Below are positions 28,670 to 39,532 of a DNA stretch of 64,000 nt, piece by piece (within the stretch, counting starts at the first letter, position 1; every line of letters starts with the position of its first letter). The stretch lies in contig CAZJAS010000002.1 in NCBI GenBank assembly GCA_964544135.1, forward strand, positions 54,623 through 118,622. Reading direction: 5' to 3'. The notes under the pieces were generated by a model, which saw nothing but the letters and a program-made list of their open reading frames with translations, had not been told where the DNA came from and made no database searches. The position numbers and the translations under genes were made by a program. The stretch is from an uncultured Clostridium sp. (GTDB taxonomy: Bacteria > Bacillota > Clostridia > Lachnospirales > Lachnospiraceae).

Positions 28670-29833
28670 TTAATGTACCACTCTGACACGGAATACACCG
28701 TCAATGGCACTTAACTTTTCTACAAGCTCGGGTGTTGCGGGACTTTCTACATCCAGCATGGTATAGGCACATTCACCCTTTGACTTATTTGTCATATCAC
28801 TGATATTAATACCGTTTTCACCGATACAACCGGTAAACTTAGTAATCATATTAGCTATATTTTTATGGAAAATAGCAATCCTGCCGGCCTTCATACATAC
28901 CCCCATATCACAATTCGGGTAGTTTACACTGTTTTTAATATTACCGTTTTGCAGATAATCCATCATAGATTTCACTGCCATAACAGCACAGTTGTCCTCC
29001 GATTCCTCGGTAGACGCTCCCAAATGCGGAATTACAATACAGCCTTCTTTTCCCGCTGTCAGAGGATTGGGGAAATCGGTTACGTATTTATATACTTTAC
29101 CGCTTTCGATTGCCGCTAACACATCCTCTTCGTTTGCAAGCAAATCCCTTGCAAAGTTTAAAATAACCACTCCGTCCTTCATCATAGTGAGAGCCTGCTT
29201 GTTTATCATGCCTTTTGTAGCCTCTAAAAGGGGTACATGAATGGTAATATAATCGCAATCCCTATAAATATCTTCTACATTTACAACATGCTTTACATCG
29301 CGGCTTAGGCTCCATGCGGCATCCACCGATAAATACGGATCATATCCATAGACCTCCATACCCAAATGTCTTGCTGCATTCGCTACCTTAATACCGATTG
29401 CTCCCAGACCGATAATGCCCAGCTTTTTGCCCATAAGCTCCGTGCCGGCAAAATTCTTTTTCACTTTTTCAACGGTCTTTGCAATATTTTCATCAGAAGC
29501 ATTGGCTTTTACCCATTCAATACCTCCAACTACATCCCTGGCGGCCAAAAACATAGCAGAAAGAACCATTTCCTTAACACCGTTTGCATTTGCACCGGGT
29601 GTATTAAATACTACAATCCCTTTTTCCGCACATTGTTCCAATGGAATATTATTGACACCTGCACCCGCTCTTGCCACAGCAAGAAGATTTTGAGGCAGTT
29701 CCATTTCATGCATGGATGCACTTCTGACCAAAACACCCTGTGCCTCGTTGATATCATCGGTTTTTATGTATTCCTCGGTAAATTTGTTCAATCCCACTTT
29801 AGAAATGGGGTTTAGGCAATAATATTGAAACAT
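28670..29833 (-). CDS. serA: D-3-phosphoglycerate dehydrogenase
   Basis: 2-hydroxyacid dehydrogenase fold (GIIGLGAIG), C-terminal ACT-like domain. ATG at 29833 preceded by GGAGGAG. Confidence 0.8.
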   Translation of the reverse strand: MFQYYCLNPISKVGLNKFTEEYIKTDDINEAQGVLVRSASMHEMELPQNLLAVARAGAGVNNIPLEQCAEKGIVVFNTPGANANGVKEMVLSAMFLAARDVVGGIEWVKANASDENIAKTVEKVKKNFAGTELMGKKLGIIGLGAIGIKVANAARHLGMEVYGYDPYLSVDAAWSLSRDVKHVVNVEDIYRDCDYITIHVPLLEATKGMINKQALTMMKDGVVILNFARDLLANEEDVLAAIESGKVYKYVTDFPNPLTAGKEGCIVIPHLGASTEESEDNCAVMAVKSMMDYLQNGNIKNSVNYPNCDMGVCMKAGRIAIFHKNIANMITKFTGCIGENGINISDMTNKSKGECAYTMLDVESPATPELVEKLSAIDGVFRVRVVH

Positions 29834-29843
29834 TTTTCTCCTC

Positions 29844-30923
29844 CTATGCGTTCTTATTCTCAAATTCCTTCATAAATTCCACTAATTTCTTAACACCTTC
29901 AATGGGCATTGCATTGTAAATGCTGGCACGCATGCCACCTACACTTCTATGACCCTTTAGGTTTACAAAACCGGCCGCTTCCGCTTCTTTCACAAAAAGA
30001 GCATCCAGCTCCTGATTGCCCGTGATAAAAGGTACATTCATCAGAGAACGGTCTTCTTTTCTGACAGTTCCACGAAACAGCTTACTTTCATCTAAATAAT
30101 CATACAGTACCTTGGCTTTCTTTTCATTATAATCCTTCATAGCAGCCAAACCGCCCTGTTTTTTTAACCATTTAAATACCTTACCACAGATATAGATACC
30201 ATAAGCCGGTGGTGTATTGTATAAGGATTCATTGTCTGCGTGAATTTTATATTTAAACATAGTAGGAGTTCCGGGTAATACATCCTCCGTAATCAAATCC
30301 TCTCTGATAATTACGATTACCACACCCGCCGGACCGATATTCTTCTGCACCCCGCCATAAATAAGACCGTATTTACTCACATCTACAGGTTCGGATAAAA
30401 AACAGGAAGAAACGTCCGCTACAAGCAGCTTTCCCTTTGTATTAGGAAGTGTTTTGAATTTCGTACCGTAAATAGTATTGTTTTCACATATATAAACATA
30501 GTCCGCATCCTCACTGATAGGAAGATCCGAACAATCCGGTATATACGAAAAAGTTTCGTCCTCACTGGTGGCAATCTTATTTGCTTTACCGTAAATAGCT
30601 GCCTCCTGATATGCTTTCTTTGCCCACTGTCCAGTTACAATATAGTCGGCAACCTTATTCTTCATCAAATTCATAGGAATCATAGAAAATTGGGAACTGG
30701 CTCCCCCCTGTAAAAAAAGAACCTTATAATTGTCGGGGATGTTCATAAGCTCCCTTAAGTCCGCTTCCGCATCCTTAATCACCTTATCATATGTCTTTGA
30801 TCGATGGCTCATCTCCATAACCGACATACCGCTTCCCTGATAATCCAGCATCTCATCTGCCGCTTCTCTTAATACTTCCTCAGGTAATACTGCCGGTCCC
30901 GCTGAAAAATTATAAACTCTCAC
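29844..30923 (-). CDS. serC: phosphoserine aminotransferase
   Basis: MRVYNFSAGPAVLPEEVL N-terminus, class-V aminotransferase; GTG start 9 nt after GGAGG. Confidence 0.9.
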   Translation of the reverse strand: MRVYNFSAGPAVLPEEVLREAADEMLDYQGSGMSVMEMSHRSKTYDKVIKDAEADLRELMNIPDNYKVLFLQGGASSQFSMIPMNLMKNKVADYIVTGQWAKKAYQEAAIYGKANKIATSEDETFSYIPDCSDLPISEDADYVYICENNTIYGTKFKTLPNTKGKLLVADVSSCFLSEPVDVSKYGLIYGGVQKNIGPAGVVIVIIREDLITEDVLPGTPTMFKYKIHADNESLYNTPPAYGIYICGKVFKWLKKQGGLAAMKDYNEKKAKVLYDYLDESKLFRGTVRKEDRSLMNVPFITGNQELDALFVKEAEAAGFVNLKGHRSVGGMRASIYNAMPIEGVKKLVEFMKEFENKNA

Positions 30924-30998
30924 GTTACATACCTCCTCATATTAATATCTTTTTCTTTATTTTTATACATACTTAGCTAATTTCCGAACATGGGTATT

Positions 30999-31027
30999 AT
31001 TGTATACTCTGCCAATCCTTTAGTCAA
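30999..31027 (-). promoter_or_regulatory. candidate sigma-A promoter of serC-serA
   Basis: TTGACT-17 nt-TACAAT read on the minus strand. Confidence 0.4.
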
Positions 31028-31072
31028 CTGCATTGTTAAATTTTTCGCATACATAAGTCTTATTACCACTGA

Positions 31073-32431
31073 TCAGTAAAACATAATAACCGGAATCCCT
31101 ATTTCCAACATATCATAAAGCTCTTCCATCACAGAGGACGGTACATTGATACAGCCATGGGAACCATTTGTTTTATAAATCTCTTCACCGAATTTTTTTC
31201 TCCAGGATGCATCATGGATTCCGATGCTCCCTGCTACCGGCACCCAGTATTTCACAGGCGATTCATAACCCGGTCCTCTGAGAACACGGTTTCTTTGCTT
31301 ATCATATACAAAATTAACTCCCGAGGGCGTACCCATCCTTTGTCCCGTATGTCCCGTTACAATATCCGATTCAAACAGAAGCTCTCCCTCTTCATAATAA
31401 TACAGCTTCTGCATAGTCATATCAACTTCCACATAAGTATCTTTGATATCTTCTTTTCCTCTTACATAAGCTATTTTTTCATAAGCCGGAATATGCACTT
31501 CTTTTACATGATTTAGAATTGCCTGTGTCAAATATGCAATCTCTGCATTTCTGTCTATCTTATTACCGTAGGTACCGCCTTCAATGGTGATATTTTCTCC
31601 CCTGGTAGATTGAAAGGTACGGGTAGTATTATAGGTATTGTATTCCTTACAGAGTTCATCAATAAAAGCTTCCACACTCCCCTCGCGAAGAATGGGATTT
31701 CCTTCTTCATTTACCTCTATCCAGCCGCTAATAGTTTCCGGTCCGATGGGTATGAGAGTATCTCCCATATGATAAGTAATCTTACAGTCCACAAAAGCTG
31801 AGATTTTATCATATAAAGCCAGTGTTTCCAGCATTTTTGCCGTATAAGGCAAATCCTCATAGCAGGAGGATACATCAACCTCCATATTGCCCTGCTGTAA
31901 GGAATTCTTTACAAGGTCAATGGCCATATCCTCATTAAACACATTCTTTCTTCCGTCATAAAGAATATAACCTTCTTCCGGACGTATTTCCACAATATCT
32001 TCTTTTTTATTATCCTGAAACAAACCACTTTCTTTTAATGCCTCTTTTAATAAGTTTTCATCAATGTTTATAGTAGGAGATATTTCCTTATGACTGGAGC
32101 CCAAAATATACTGCATCCAATAAAACGGAGCCTGCCCCATTTTTATGCCCTTTAGTTGACTTGTGTAGTCAATTTCAAATCGAATACTCGAGAGAGGAAT
32201 TTCATAGGAACGGCCGAAAGCATCCTGTACGGAAAAACTTTCTCTCCCGCACAGTTCTATTAATTCCGAGTTTACTTCTTCTACGGATTTTCCCGTGCAG
32301 TAAATACTGTTAATAAAGATTCCCGGTCCGAATCCTTTCCTGTAATAAAATACTGCAGTAAAAAATAATAGGAATAAAACAGCAGCTACAGGAATGGCAA
32401 ACCATAGGACAGGCACTATTTTCTTTTTCAT
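31073..32431 (-). CDS. L,D-transpeptidase family protein (YkuD domain)
   Basis: N-terminal TM; C-terminal YkuD motif GIHDASW...GSHGCINVP. Confidence 0.75.
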   Translation of the reverse strand: MKKKIVPVLWFAIPVAAVLFLLFFTAVFYYRKGFGPGIFINSIYCTGKSVEEVNSELIELCGRESFSVQDAFGRSYEIPLSSIRFEIDYTSQLKGIKMGQAPFYWMQYILGSSHKEISPTINIDENLLKEALKESGLFQDNKKEDIVEIRPEEGYILYDGRKNVFNEDMAIDLVKNSLQQGNMEVDVSSCYEDLPYTAKMLETLALYDKISAFVDCKITYHMGDTLIPIGPETISGWIEVNEEGNPILREGSVEAFIDELCKEYNTYNTTRTFQSTRGENITIEGGTYGNKIDRNAEIAYLTQAILNHVKEVHIPAYEKIAYVRGKEDIKDTYVEVDMTMQKLYYYEEGELLFESDIVTGHTGQRMGTPSGVNFVYDKQRNRVLRGPGYESPVKYWVPVAGSIGIHDASWRKKFGEEIYKTNGSHGCINVPSSVMEELYDMLEIGIPVIMFY

Positions 32432-32451
32432 TTCCCCTCTTTTTCAAAGCT

Positions 32452-34125
32452 TTATGCTTTTATATCATCTTCATCAAAAGCCTCACTGATAGGTGCACCG
32501 GAAGGTACCATGGGGAATACCTTATCATCTTCCGATATCATACACTCTATTACAACAGGTGCATTTAAGGAAATAGCTTTTTCCAGTGCCGGTGCAAATT
32601 CTTCTTTCGTAGTTACCCGAATCGCGGTACAACCAAGTCCTTCCGATACCTTACAGAAATCCACCTTATCATCCAGTATGGTTTGGGAATATCTTTTATC
32701 ATAAAACAGGGTTTGCCACTGGCGAACCATACCCAATACATGATTGTTGATAATAACCTGGATAATGGGAATATGATAACGGCTTGCTGTAGCCAATTCG
32801 TTCATATTCATACGGAAGCAGCCGTCACCCGCAATATTGATGCAGATTTTATCGGGACGTCCCACCTTAGCTCCGATACAGGCTCCCAGCCCGTATCCCA
32901 TGGTCCCCAATCCGCCCGAGGATAGAAAGGTTCTCGGTTCCTTATATTTATAATGCTGTGCCGCCCACATTTGATGCTGCCCAACATCTGTACTGATCAC
33001 AGCCTTACCGTCTGTGATACGATCAATCTCCTCAATGATATAAGGACAGGAAAGCTTTTCCTTATTGTATTTTAAAGGGTGTTTTACCTTTAATTCTTTA
33101 ATATATGCCATCCACTCGGGATGCTCCTGTTTCTCTAATAGAGCGTTAAGCTCCTGCAAAACGGATTTTAAATCCCCCACAACACTTAGTGATGCCTGAA
33201 TATTCTTGCCGATTTCCGCTGCATCAATATCGATATGAAGTACCTTCGCATTGTTGGCAAAGGTTTTGGGGTTGCCGATAACACGATCCGAAAAACGTGC
33301 TCCCAGCGCTATTAATAGATCGCATTCACTGACTCCGAAATTGGAAGTCTTGGTTCCATGCATGCCGATCATTCCGGTATATCTTTCACTTCCTGCATCA
33401 AAAGCACCTTTCCCCATCAGTGTATCGCAAACAGGTGCATCAATGATTTCGGCAAACTCTTTTACTTGCTCGGCCGCACCGGAAATAATAGCCCCTCCAC
33501 CCAAGTAAATATAGGGCTTTTTGGCATTGCGGATTAACCTGGCCGCTTTTTCCAAGTCACTTTCCGTATAGTTGTTTACCGTTTCCGGTTCAGTAGCAGG
33601 CACCGGTGTATATTCACAGGTATTTGCCGTTACATCCTTGGTAATATCCACCAGCACCGGACCGGGACGTCCTGTTTTTGCAATTTTAAAAGCTTTTCTA
33701 AGCGTATCCGCCAGAATATTGATATCCTTTACAATATAACCATGCTTAGTAATCGGCATGGTGACACCGGCTATATCCACTTCCTGAAATGTATCCTTAC
33801 CCAAAAGAGGCAAATTCACATTCGCCGTGATTGCCACCATGGGAACGGAATCCATATAAGCGGTTGCAATCCCGGTAACTAAATTAGTGGCTCCCGGACC
33901 GCTGGTTGCCAGGCAAACTCCTACTTTTCCGGTTGCTCTGGCATAACCGTCCGCCGCATGGGATGCTCCCTGCTCATGGGATGTAAGTATGTGATTGATT
34001 TCATCGCTATGTTTATAAAGAGCATCATAGATGTTTAGTATCGTACCGCCCGGGTATCCGAACACAGTATCAACACCCTGCTCCTTCAGGCATGCAATAA
34101 CGATTTCCGCACCAGTAAGTTGCAT
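32452..34125 (-). CDS. ilvB: acetolactate synthase, large subunit (biosynthetic type)
   Basis: ThDP enzyme motifs (GYPGG, GGLGTMGYGL, GDGCFRMN), about 557 aa. Confidence 0.9.
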   Translation of the reverse strand: MQLTGAEIVIACLKEQGVDTVFGYPGGTILNIYDALYKHSDEINHILTSHEQGASHAADGYARATGKVGVCLATSGPGATNLVTGIATAYMDSVPMVAITANVNLPLLGKDTFQEVDIAGVTMPITKHGYIVKDINILADTLRKAFKIAKTGRPGPVLVDITKDVTANTCEYTPVPATEPETVNNYTESDLEKAARLIRNAKKPYIYLGGGAIISGAAEQVKEFAEIIDAPVCDTLMGKGAFDAGSERYTGMIGMHGTKTSNFGVSECDLLIALGARFSDRVIGNPKTFANNAKVLHIDIDAAEIGKNIQASLSVVGDLKSVLQELNALLEKQEHPEWMAYIKELKVKHPLKYNKEKLSCPYIIEEIDRITDGKAVISTDVGQHQMWAAQHYKYKEPRTFLSSGGLGTMGYGLGACIGAKVGRPDKICINIAGDGCFRMNMNELATASRYHIPIIQVIINNHVLGMVRQWQTLFYDKRYSQTILDDKVDFCKVSEGLGCTAIRVTTKEEFAPALEKAISLNAPVVIECMISEDDKVFPMVPSGAPISEAFDEDDIKA

Positions 34126-34166
34126 ATTGAATCCTCCGTTTATTATTATTTATATTTATCTTTTAT

Positions 34167-35834
34167 TTACTTCTTATATTCTAATATAGCTCCCCGATTA
34201 CCGCTTGTTACAAGCTCCCGGTAACGTGCAAGATAGCCCGTGGTTATCTTCGGTTCACGAGGCTGCCATGCAGCTTTTCTCTCTGCCATTTCTTCATCGG
34301 AAACCTTTACATCCAGAGTGTTTTGGGGAATGTTGATGCTGATGATATCGCCTTCCTTTACAAGAGCAATCGGACCGCCTACAGCCGCTTCGGGTGAAAC
34401 ATGCCCGATGGAAGCCCCTCTGGAAGCCCCTGAAAAACGACCGTCCGTTATCAGTGCTACCGAAGAACCCAGGCCCATGCCCGCAATAGCCGAAGTGGGA
34501 TTTAACATTTCTCTCATACCGGGACCGCCTTTGGGCCCTTCATAACGTATTACCACCACATCACCCGATACTATTTTTCCTTCTCTGATTGCACTGATCG
34601 CATCCTCTTCACAATCAAATACTCTTGCAGGTCCCTCATGCACCATCATTTCGGGAACTACGGCAGAACGCTTCACCACACCGCTGTCAGGTGCCAAATT
34701 ACCCTTCAGTACCGCAATGCCTCCGGTCTCGGAATAAGGGTTCTCTATGGGTCTGATAACCGTCTCATCCTTATTTATGGCATTTGCAATATTTTCACCC
34801 ACCGTCTTACCGGTAGCGGTAATTAAATCCAGATTAAGAAGATTTCGTTTGGACAACTCCCACATTACGGCATATACGCCGCCCGCTTCATTTAAGTCCT
34901 CCATATAGGTAGGACCCGCGGGTGCCAAATGACAAAGGTTAGGTGTTATTTTGGAAAGCTCATTTGCAATATCCAGATTTAAATCAACACCCGCCTCATG
35001 AGCAATCGCCGGCAGATGTAACATGGTATTCGTAGAACATCCCAGTGCCATATCCACGATGAGCGCATTTGAAAATGCCTCATTTGTCATAATATCCCTG
35101 GGCTTAATATCTTTCTCTATCAACTCCATTATCTTCATTCCAGCATGCTTTGCCAGTCGAATCCTCTCGGAATAAACCGCAGGAATCGTACCGTTACCGC
35201 GCAATCCCATACCGATTGCTTCCGTAAGGCAGTTCATGGAGTTAGCCGTATACATACCGGAGCAGGAACCACAGGTTGGGCAAGCCTTTTCCTCATACTC
35301 ACAAAGGATTTCCATTGACATGGTACCCGCCGCCACACTGCCCACCGCTTCAAACATGGAGGAAAGGCTCGTTTTCTCACCCTTTACCCTGCCTGCCAGC
35401 ATAGGCCCGCCGGATACAAAAATAGTAGGAATATTTAACCTTGCCGCCGCCATTAAAAGCCCCGGTACATTCTTATCGCAGTTAGGAATACAAACCAGTC
35501 CGTCAAAGCCATGTGCCATAGCCATACATTCCGTACTGTCGGCAATCAAATCTCTGGTAACAAGAGAGTATTTCATACCGATATGGCCCATTGCAATACC
35601 GTCACAAACGGCTATTGCGGGAAACATAACCGGTGTACCGCCTGCCATTGCCACGCCCAGCCTAACCGCCTCTGTAATTTTATCCAAATTCATATGTCCC
35701 GGAACAATTTCATTATAGGAGCTTACAATTCCGATTAACGGTCTCTTTCTCTCCTCTTCCGTAAAGCCCAATGCATTAAACAAACTTCTGTGGGGCGCCT
35801 GCTCGGTGCCCGTCATAACAGAATCACTTCTCAT
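34167..35834 (-). CDS. ilvD: dihydroxy-acid dehydratase
   Basis: IlvD/Edd signatures ([25 protein letters not shown]). ATG at 35834 preceded by AGGAG. Confidence 0.9.
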   Translation of the reverse strand: MRSDSVMTGTEQAPHRSLFNALGFTEEERKRPLIGIVSSYNEIVPGHMNLDKITEAVRLGVAMAGGTPVMFPAIAVCDGIAMGHIGMKYSLVTRDLIADSTECMAMAHGFDGLVCIPNCDKNVPGLLMAAARLNIPTIFVSGGPMLAGRVKGEKTSLSSMFEAVGSVAAGTMSMEILCEYEEKACPTCGSCSGMYTANSMNCLTEAIGMGLRGNGTIPAVYSERIRLAKHAGMKIMELIEKDIKPRDIMTNEAFSNALIVDMALGCSTNTMLHLPAIAHEAGVDLNLDIANELSKITPNLCHLAPAGPTYMEDLNEAGGVYAVMWELSKRNLLNLDLITATGKTVGENIANAINKDETVIRPIENPYSETGGIAVLKGNLAPDSGVVKRSAVVPEMMVHEGPARVFDCEEDAISAIREGKIVSGDVVVIRYEGPKGGPGMREMLNPTSAIAGMGLGSSVALITDGRFSGASRGASIGHVSPEAAVGGPIALVKEGDIISINIPQNTLDVKVSDEEMAERKAAWQPREPKITTGYLARYRELVTSGNRGAILEYKK

Positions 35835-35863
35835 ATTATCTCCTTCTGCCAACCTGCGGCTTA

Positions 35864-37096
35864 TTAATAACGATTATCGAATACTCGGGTGGATTTCTTT
35901 TCACTTCTGTGTAATTCACCGATTTCCACCGGTTTGACTTTTACTAAAACACCGATTTTATATTTAAAATTCTCTATGATTTCCCGCTCCAATTCATATT
36001 TATTGGCTCCGGGATTTATCTCCACAAAGAGAGTGCAGATATCCCTTCCCTCCAAATGATCAATCATAAACTGGTACTCGCTGGAAACACCCTGAATCTG
36101 GGATAGCATTTCATCTATCTGGCTGGGGAAGATATTCACTCCCTTCACCTTTACCATATCATCGGTACGCCCTAAAATAGTATCTATCCTGGGAAATTTG
36201 CTTCCGCAGGAGCAGGTTCCCGTAATCACTCTGGTCAAATCATGGGTGCGGTAACGAATCAAGGGAGCCCCCTGCTTCTTAAGGGTCGTAATAACCAATT
36301 CTCCGATTTCACCGTCGGGCACCGCTTCGCCCGTTTTGGGATTTACAATTTCAAAATAAATATAATCCGTCCACATATGCATACCGCATTCATGCTCACA
36401 GCTCATACCGATACCGGGACCATAAATCTCAGTCAATCCGTATACATCATAAAGCTTTACTCCCAGCTCGCTGGCAATGCGCTTTCTCATCTTATCGCCC
36501 CATCTCTCCGAGCCTATGATGCCTTTCTTTAGATAAATCCTGTCTCCGATTTCCCTCTTTGCAATTTCTTCTGCCAACAGCAGGGCATAGGAGGATGTAG
36601 CACATAGTACTGTGGATTTTAAATCCATCATCATACGAAGCTGTTTATCCGTATTTCCCGGACCCATGGGAATTACCATGGCACCCAAGCGCTCCGCTCC
36701 TGTTTGAAATCCGATACCTGCCGTCCATAGGCCGTATCCCGGTGTAATATGGATACGATCCAAATTGGTAACGCCGGCCATTTCATAGCAGCGCTTAAAC
36801 ATCTTGGCCCAATCCTCCACATCCTGTGCGGTATAGGGAATTATGACGGGTGTGCCCGTAGTTCCGGAAGAAGAATGGATTCTGACGATCTCTTCCTCGG
36901 GAACCGCTTGTAAACCAAGGGGATATGCTTCCCGCAAATCACCCTTCCATGTAAAAGGAAGTTTTGCAAAATCCTCCGGTGTATTGATAGAATCAATATC
37001 TACCTCTTTAAACTTATCTTTATAAAAGCACTCTTTACCGGTCAGGTTTTTAAGCTGTGCCTTGATAAGAGAAAATTGTTCTTCTGTCATTTTCAT
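35864..37096 (-). CDS. phenylacetate-CoA ligase family protein (PaaK-like adenylate-forming enzyme)
   Basis: Adenylation motifs [13 protein letters not shown]; about 410 aa; 4-nt overlap with iorB. Confidence 0.7.
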   Translation of the reverse strand: MKMTEEQFSLIKAQLKNLTGKECFYKDKFKEVDIDSINTPEDFAKLPFTWKGDLREAYPLGLQAVPEEEIVRIHSSSGTTGTPVIIPYTAQDVEDWAKMFKRCYEMAGVTNLDRIHITPGYGLWTAGIGFQTGAERLGAMVIPMGPGNTDKQLRMMMDLKSTVLCATSSYALLLAEEIAKREIGDRIYLKKGIIGSERWGDKMRKRIASELGVKLYDVYGLTEIYGPGIGMSCEHECGMHMWTDYIYFEIVNPKTGEAVPDGEIGELVITTLKKQGAPLIRYRTHDLTRVITGTCSCGSKFPRIDTILGRTDDMVKVKGVNIFPSQIDEMLSQIQGVSSEYQFMIDHLEGRDICTLFVEINPGANKYELEREIIENFKYKIGVLVKVKPVEIGELHRSEKKSTRVFDNRY

Positions 37097-37680
37097 ATTC
37101 TGACTTCTCCTTCTGCCATTCTTACTGCCTGTAAATTAATTTCTTTGAATTTTTCCGGTATCTTTATTTCAATGGCATTCTTTAATTCCTCTATATTCAT
37201 GGACAGCGCTCCTGTTTGAGCGGCAGCGGCTAAAAGAACCATATTGAGCACCTTAGAGGAACCGCATTTCTTGCATATGGCATCACCGTCAACCACTACC
37301 AGATTCTTGACCCGGCTTTTTAAAAAATTAAGCATTAATTCGCCTTTATAAGTACTTCCCGATAAGGTATCCGTTACGGGTTTTATCGCTTTAGAATTCA
37401 CAATAACTGTACCGTCATTTTTCAGAAAGGATAGGCATCTGACCGCTTCCGCAGGTTCAAATGCTATCAGCACATCGGCGCCGCCTTTGGGAATGAGCGG
37501 AGAACTGACATTGTTTCCGACACGTACATGACTGACCACACAGCCGCCCCTTTGGGCCATTCCGATGGTTTCCGCTGTCCTGACATTTTCCCCTTTTTCC
37601 ATGGCGGCAAAAGCAAGCATCTTAGAAGCGAGTACCGTTCCCTGTCCGCCAACTCCGCATAACAAACAACTATTTGTCAC
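37093..37680 (-). CDS. iorB: indolepyruvate:ferredoxin oxidoreductase, beta subunit
   Basis: GVGGQGTVLAS N-terminus of the 2-oxoacid:Fd oxidoreductase gamma-like domain; directly downstream of iorA. Confidence 0.75.
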   Translation of the reverse strand: MTNSCLLCGVGGQGTVLASKMLAFAAMEKGENVRTAETIGMAQRGGCVVSHVRVGNNVSSPLIPKGGADVLIAFEPAEAVRCLSFLKNDGTVIVNSKAIKPVTDTLSGSTYKGELMLNFLKSRVKNLVVVDGDAICKKCGSSKVLNMVLLAAAAQTGALSMNIEELKNAIEIKIPEKFKEINLQAVRMAEGEVRI

Positions 37681-37684
37681 AGTC

Positions 37685-39520
37685 TCACTCTCCTTTTCCT
37701 ACGCTTGTAATTGCCTTTGTGGGACAAATTTGTGCGCATAATGTGCAGCCATAGCATAACGAGGGTTCAATCTTTACTTTATTATCCTGTAGTACAATAG
37801 CCGGACAACCCAAATCCTTGATGCATTTTTTGCATAGGATACATTTATCATCCTTTACAGTATAGCAGTCCGAAGGTTTGCTGACCGCAATACAGGGTGA
37901 TTTGAAAATAATTGCTTTGACACCGCTTTTGCTTGCAGCTTCGGATACCGCTTTTATAGCCTCTGTCTGATGAAAAGGATTCACCGTTGCCATATAGGTA
38001 ACACCGATTGCTTCTAAAATCTTTTCTATACTAACCTTTGCCGTAATATCTCCCATCATGGTTTTTCCCGTTCCGGGATGTGGCTGATGTCCCGTCATAG
38101 CTGTTGTGGAATTATCCAATACAATCAAAATAATATCCGTACGATTATAAACGGCATTGACTACACCAGTCATACCGGATGCAAAGAAAGTAGAGTCTCC
38201 GATAAAGGAAAAATGCAAAGTATCCGGCTCGATTCTATGTAAGCCCTGAGCAATGGTCACATCCGCCCCCATACAAAGGCAGGTATCCACCATATTAAGA
38301 GGTTTTGCATTACCCAGTGTATAGCAACCGATATCTCCGGAAAAAACCGCTTTTCTTCCCTTCATTGCCTGCTTCACCGCATAGAAGGACGCTCTGTGGG
38401 GACAGCCGGCACATAATACGGGAGGTCTTATGGGAAGTTCGGGAAATTCTTCATCCCCTTGAATCAGTTCTGCGGGCCTCTCTTTTTCAAATAAATCCGC
38501 AAGTAAGATTCTTACGGATTCCACCGTATTCTCTCCTGCAGCCTGCACTGTTTTATCTGCTTTACCATGTATCACAACCGGCAAATGATGCTTTCCGCAT
38601 AAATAAACCAATTCTCTTTCTATCACCGGATCCAATTCTTCTATACAGAGAACCTCATCCACCTGCTTTAGAAATTCAAGCGCCAGACGTTCCGGAAACG
38701 GAAAAGGAGTTCCTATTTTTAACAGTTTAATATTATTTTTCTCATAGCCGTCCATCTCTATGGCTTCTGAGGTATAAGCATAACTGATACCTCCTGTTGC
38801 TATCCCTAGGCGCTTTCCCTGCTTCTCATCAATACCATAGTCAATAAGCTTATTTCCTGCGTAATCAGAAAAATAATCTCCTATCTTCGGATTTCTTTCT
38901 TCAATTTTAAGATGATTTAAGTAAGATGTACGAGGGAAAATCACAAACCGGTTTGTATCCTTTACAAATCCCTCCGGAATGTTTCTATAACGCTTTGTTC
39001 GGTCTATTTCCATAGATGCGCATCCGTGGCATACCCTTGTCGTGGGGCGCAGCAATACGGGCGTATTGTATTTTTCAGATATGACAAAGGCTTCCTGTAC
39101 CATTTCATAAGCTTCCTCGGGAGAAGAAGGATCAAAAACCGGTATCTTTGCAAAAGCTGCGAAAGTCCTGGTATCCTGTTCCGTTTGGGAAGACATGGGC
39201 CCCGGATCGTCTGCCGACACAATTACAAGGCCGCCCTTTACTCCCACATAAGCCAGGCTCATAAGAGGATCCGATGCCACATTTAATCCTACCTGCTTCA
39301 TGGTTACCAATGCCCTTGCTCCCGCATAAGCGGCGCCGGCCGCCACTTCAAGTGCAGCCTTTTCATTGACAGACCATTCCACGTATATATTTTCATCTTT
39401 TTCTTTTGCCACTGTTTCCAAAATCTCTGTAGAAGGAGTTCCCGGATATCCTGCAACCAAATTAACTCCTGCCTGTATGGCTCCCATGGCAATTGCTTCA
39501 TTACCCATTAACAACTGCAT
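37685..39520 (-). CDS. iorA: indolepyruvate:ferredoxin oxidoreductase, alpha subunit
   Basis: MGNEAIAMGAIQAGV...GYPGTPSTEI N-terminus, ThDP motif GDSTFF, C-terminal 2x[4Fe-4S] (CILCKKCI...CYGCTLCAQICP). Confidence 0.8.
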   Translation of the reverse strand: MQLLMGNEAIAMGAIQAGVNLVAGYPGTPSTEILETVAKEKDENIYVEWSVNEKAALEVAAGAAYAGARALVTMKQVGLNVASDPLMSLAYVGVKGGLVIVSADDPGPMSSQTEQDTRTFAAFAKIPVFDPSSPEEAYEMVQEAFVISEKYNTPVLLRPTTRVCHGCASMEIDRTKRYRNIPEGFVKDTNRFVIFPRTSYLNHLKIEERNPKIGDYFSDYAGNKLIDYGIDEKQGKRLGIATGGISYAYTSEAIEMDGYEKNNIKLLKIGTPFPFPERLALEFLKQVDEVLCIEELDPVIERELVYLCGKHHLPVVIHGKADKTVQAAGENTVESVRILLADLFEKERPAELIQGDEEFPELPIRPPVLCAGCPHRASFYAVKQAMKGRKAVFSGDIGCYTLGNAKPLNMVDTCLCMGADVTIAQGLHRIEPDTLHFSFIGDSTFFASGMTGVVNAVYNRTDIILIVLDNSTTAMTGHQPHPGTGKTMMGDITAKVSIEKILEAIGVTYMATVNPFHQTEAIKAVSEAASKSGVKAIIFKSPCIAVSKPSDCYTVKDDKCILCKKCIKDLGCPAIVLQDNKVKIEPSLCYGCTLCAQICPTKAITSVGKGE

Positions 39521-39532
39521 ATTAACTACCTC

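Noticed and set aside
37467-39501. Nested ORFs within iorB/iorA (37467..37652, 38305..38730, 39004..39222, 39026..39286, 39304..39501)
   Set aside because: These are alternate-frame or antisense ORFs inside strongly supported genes, with no independent start signals.
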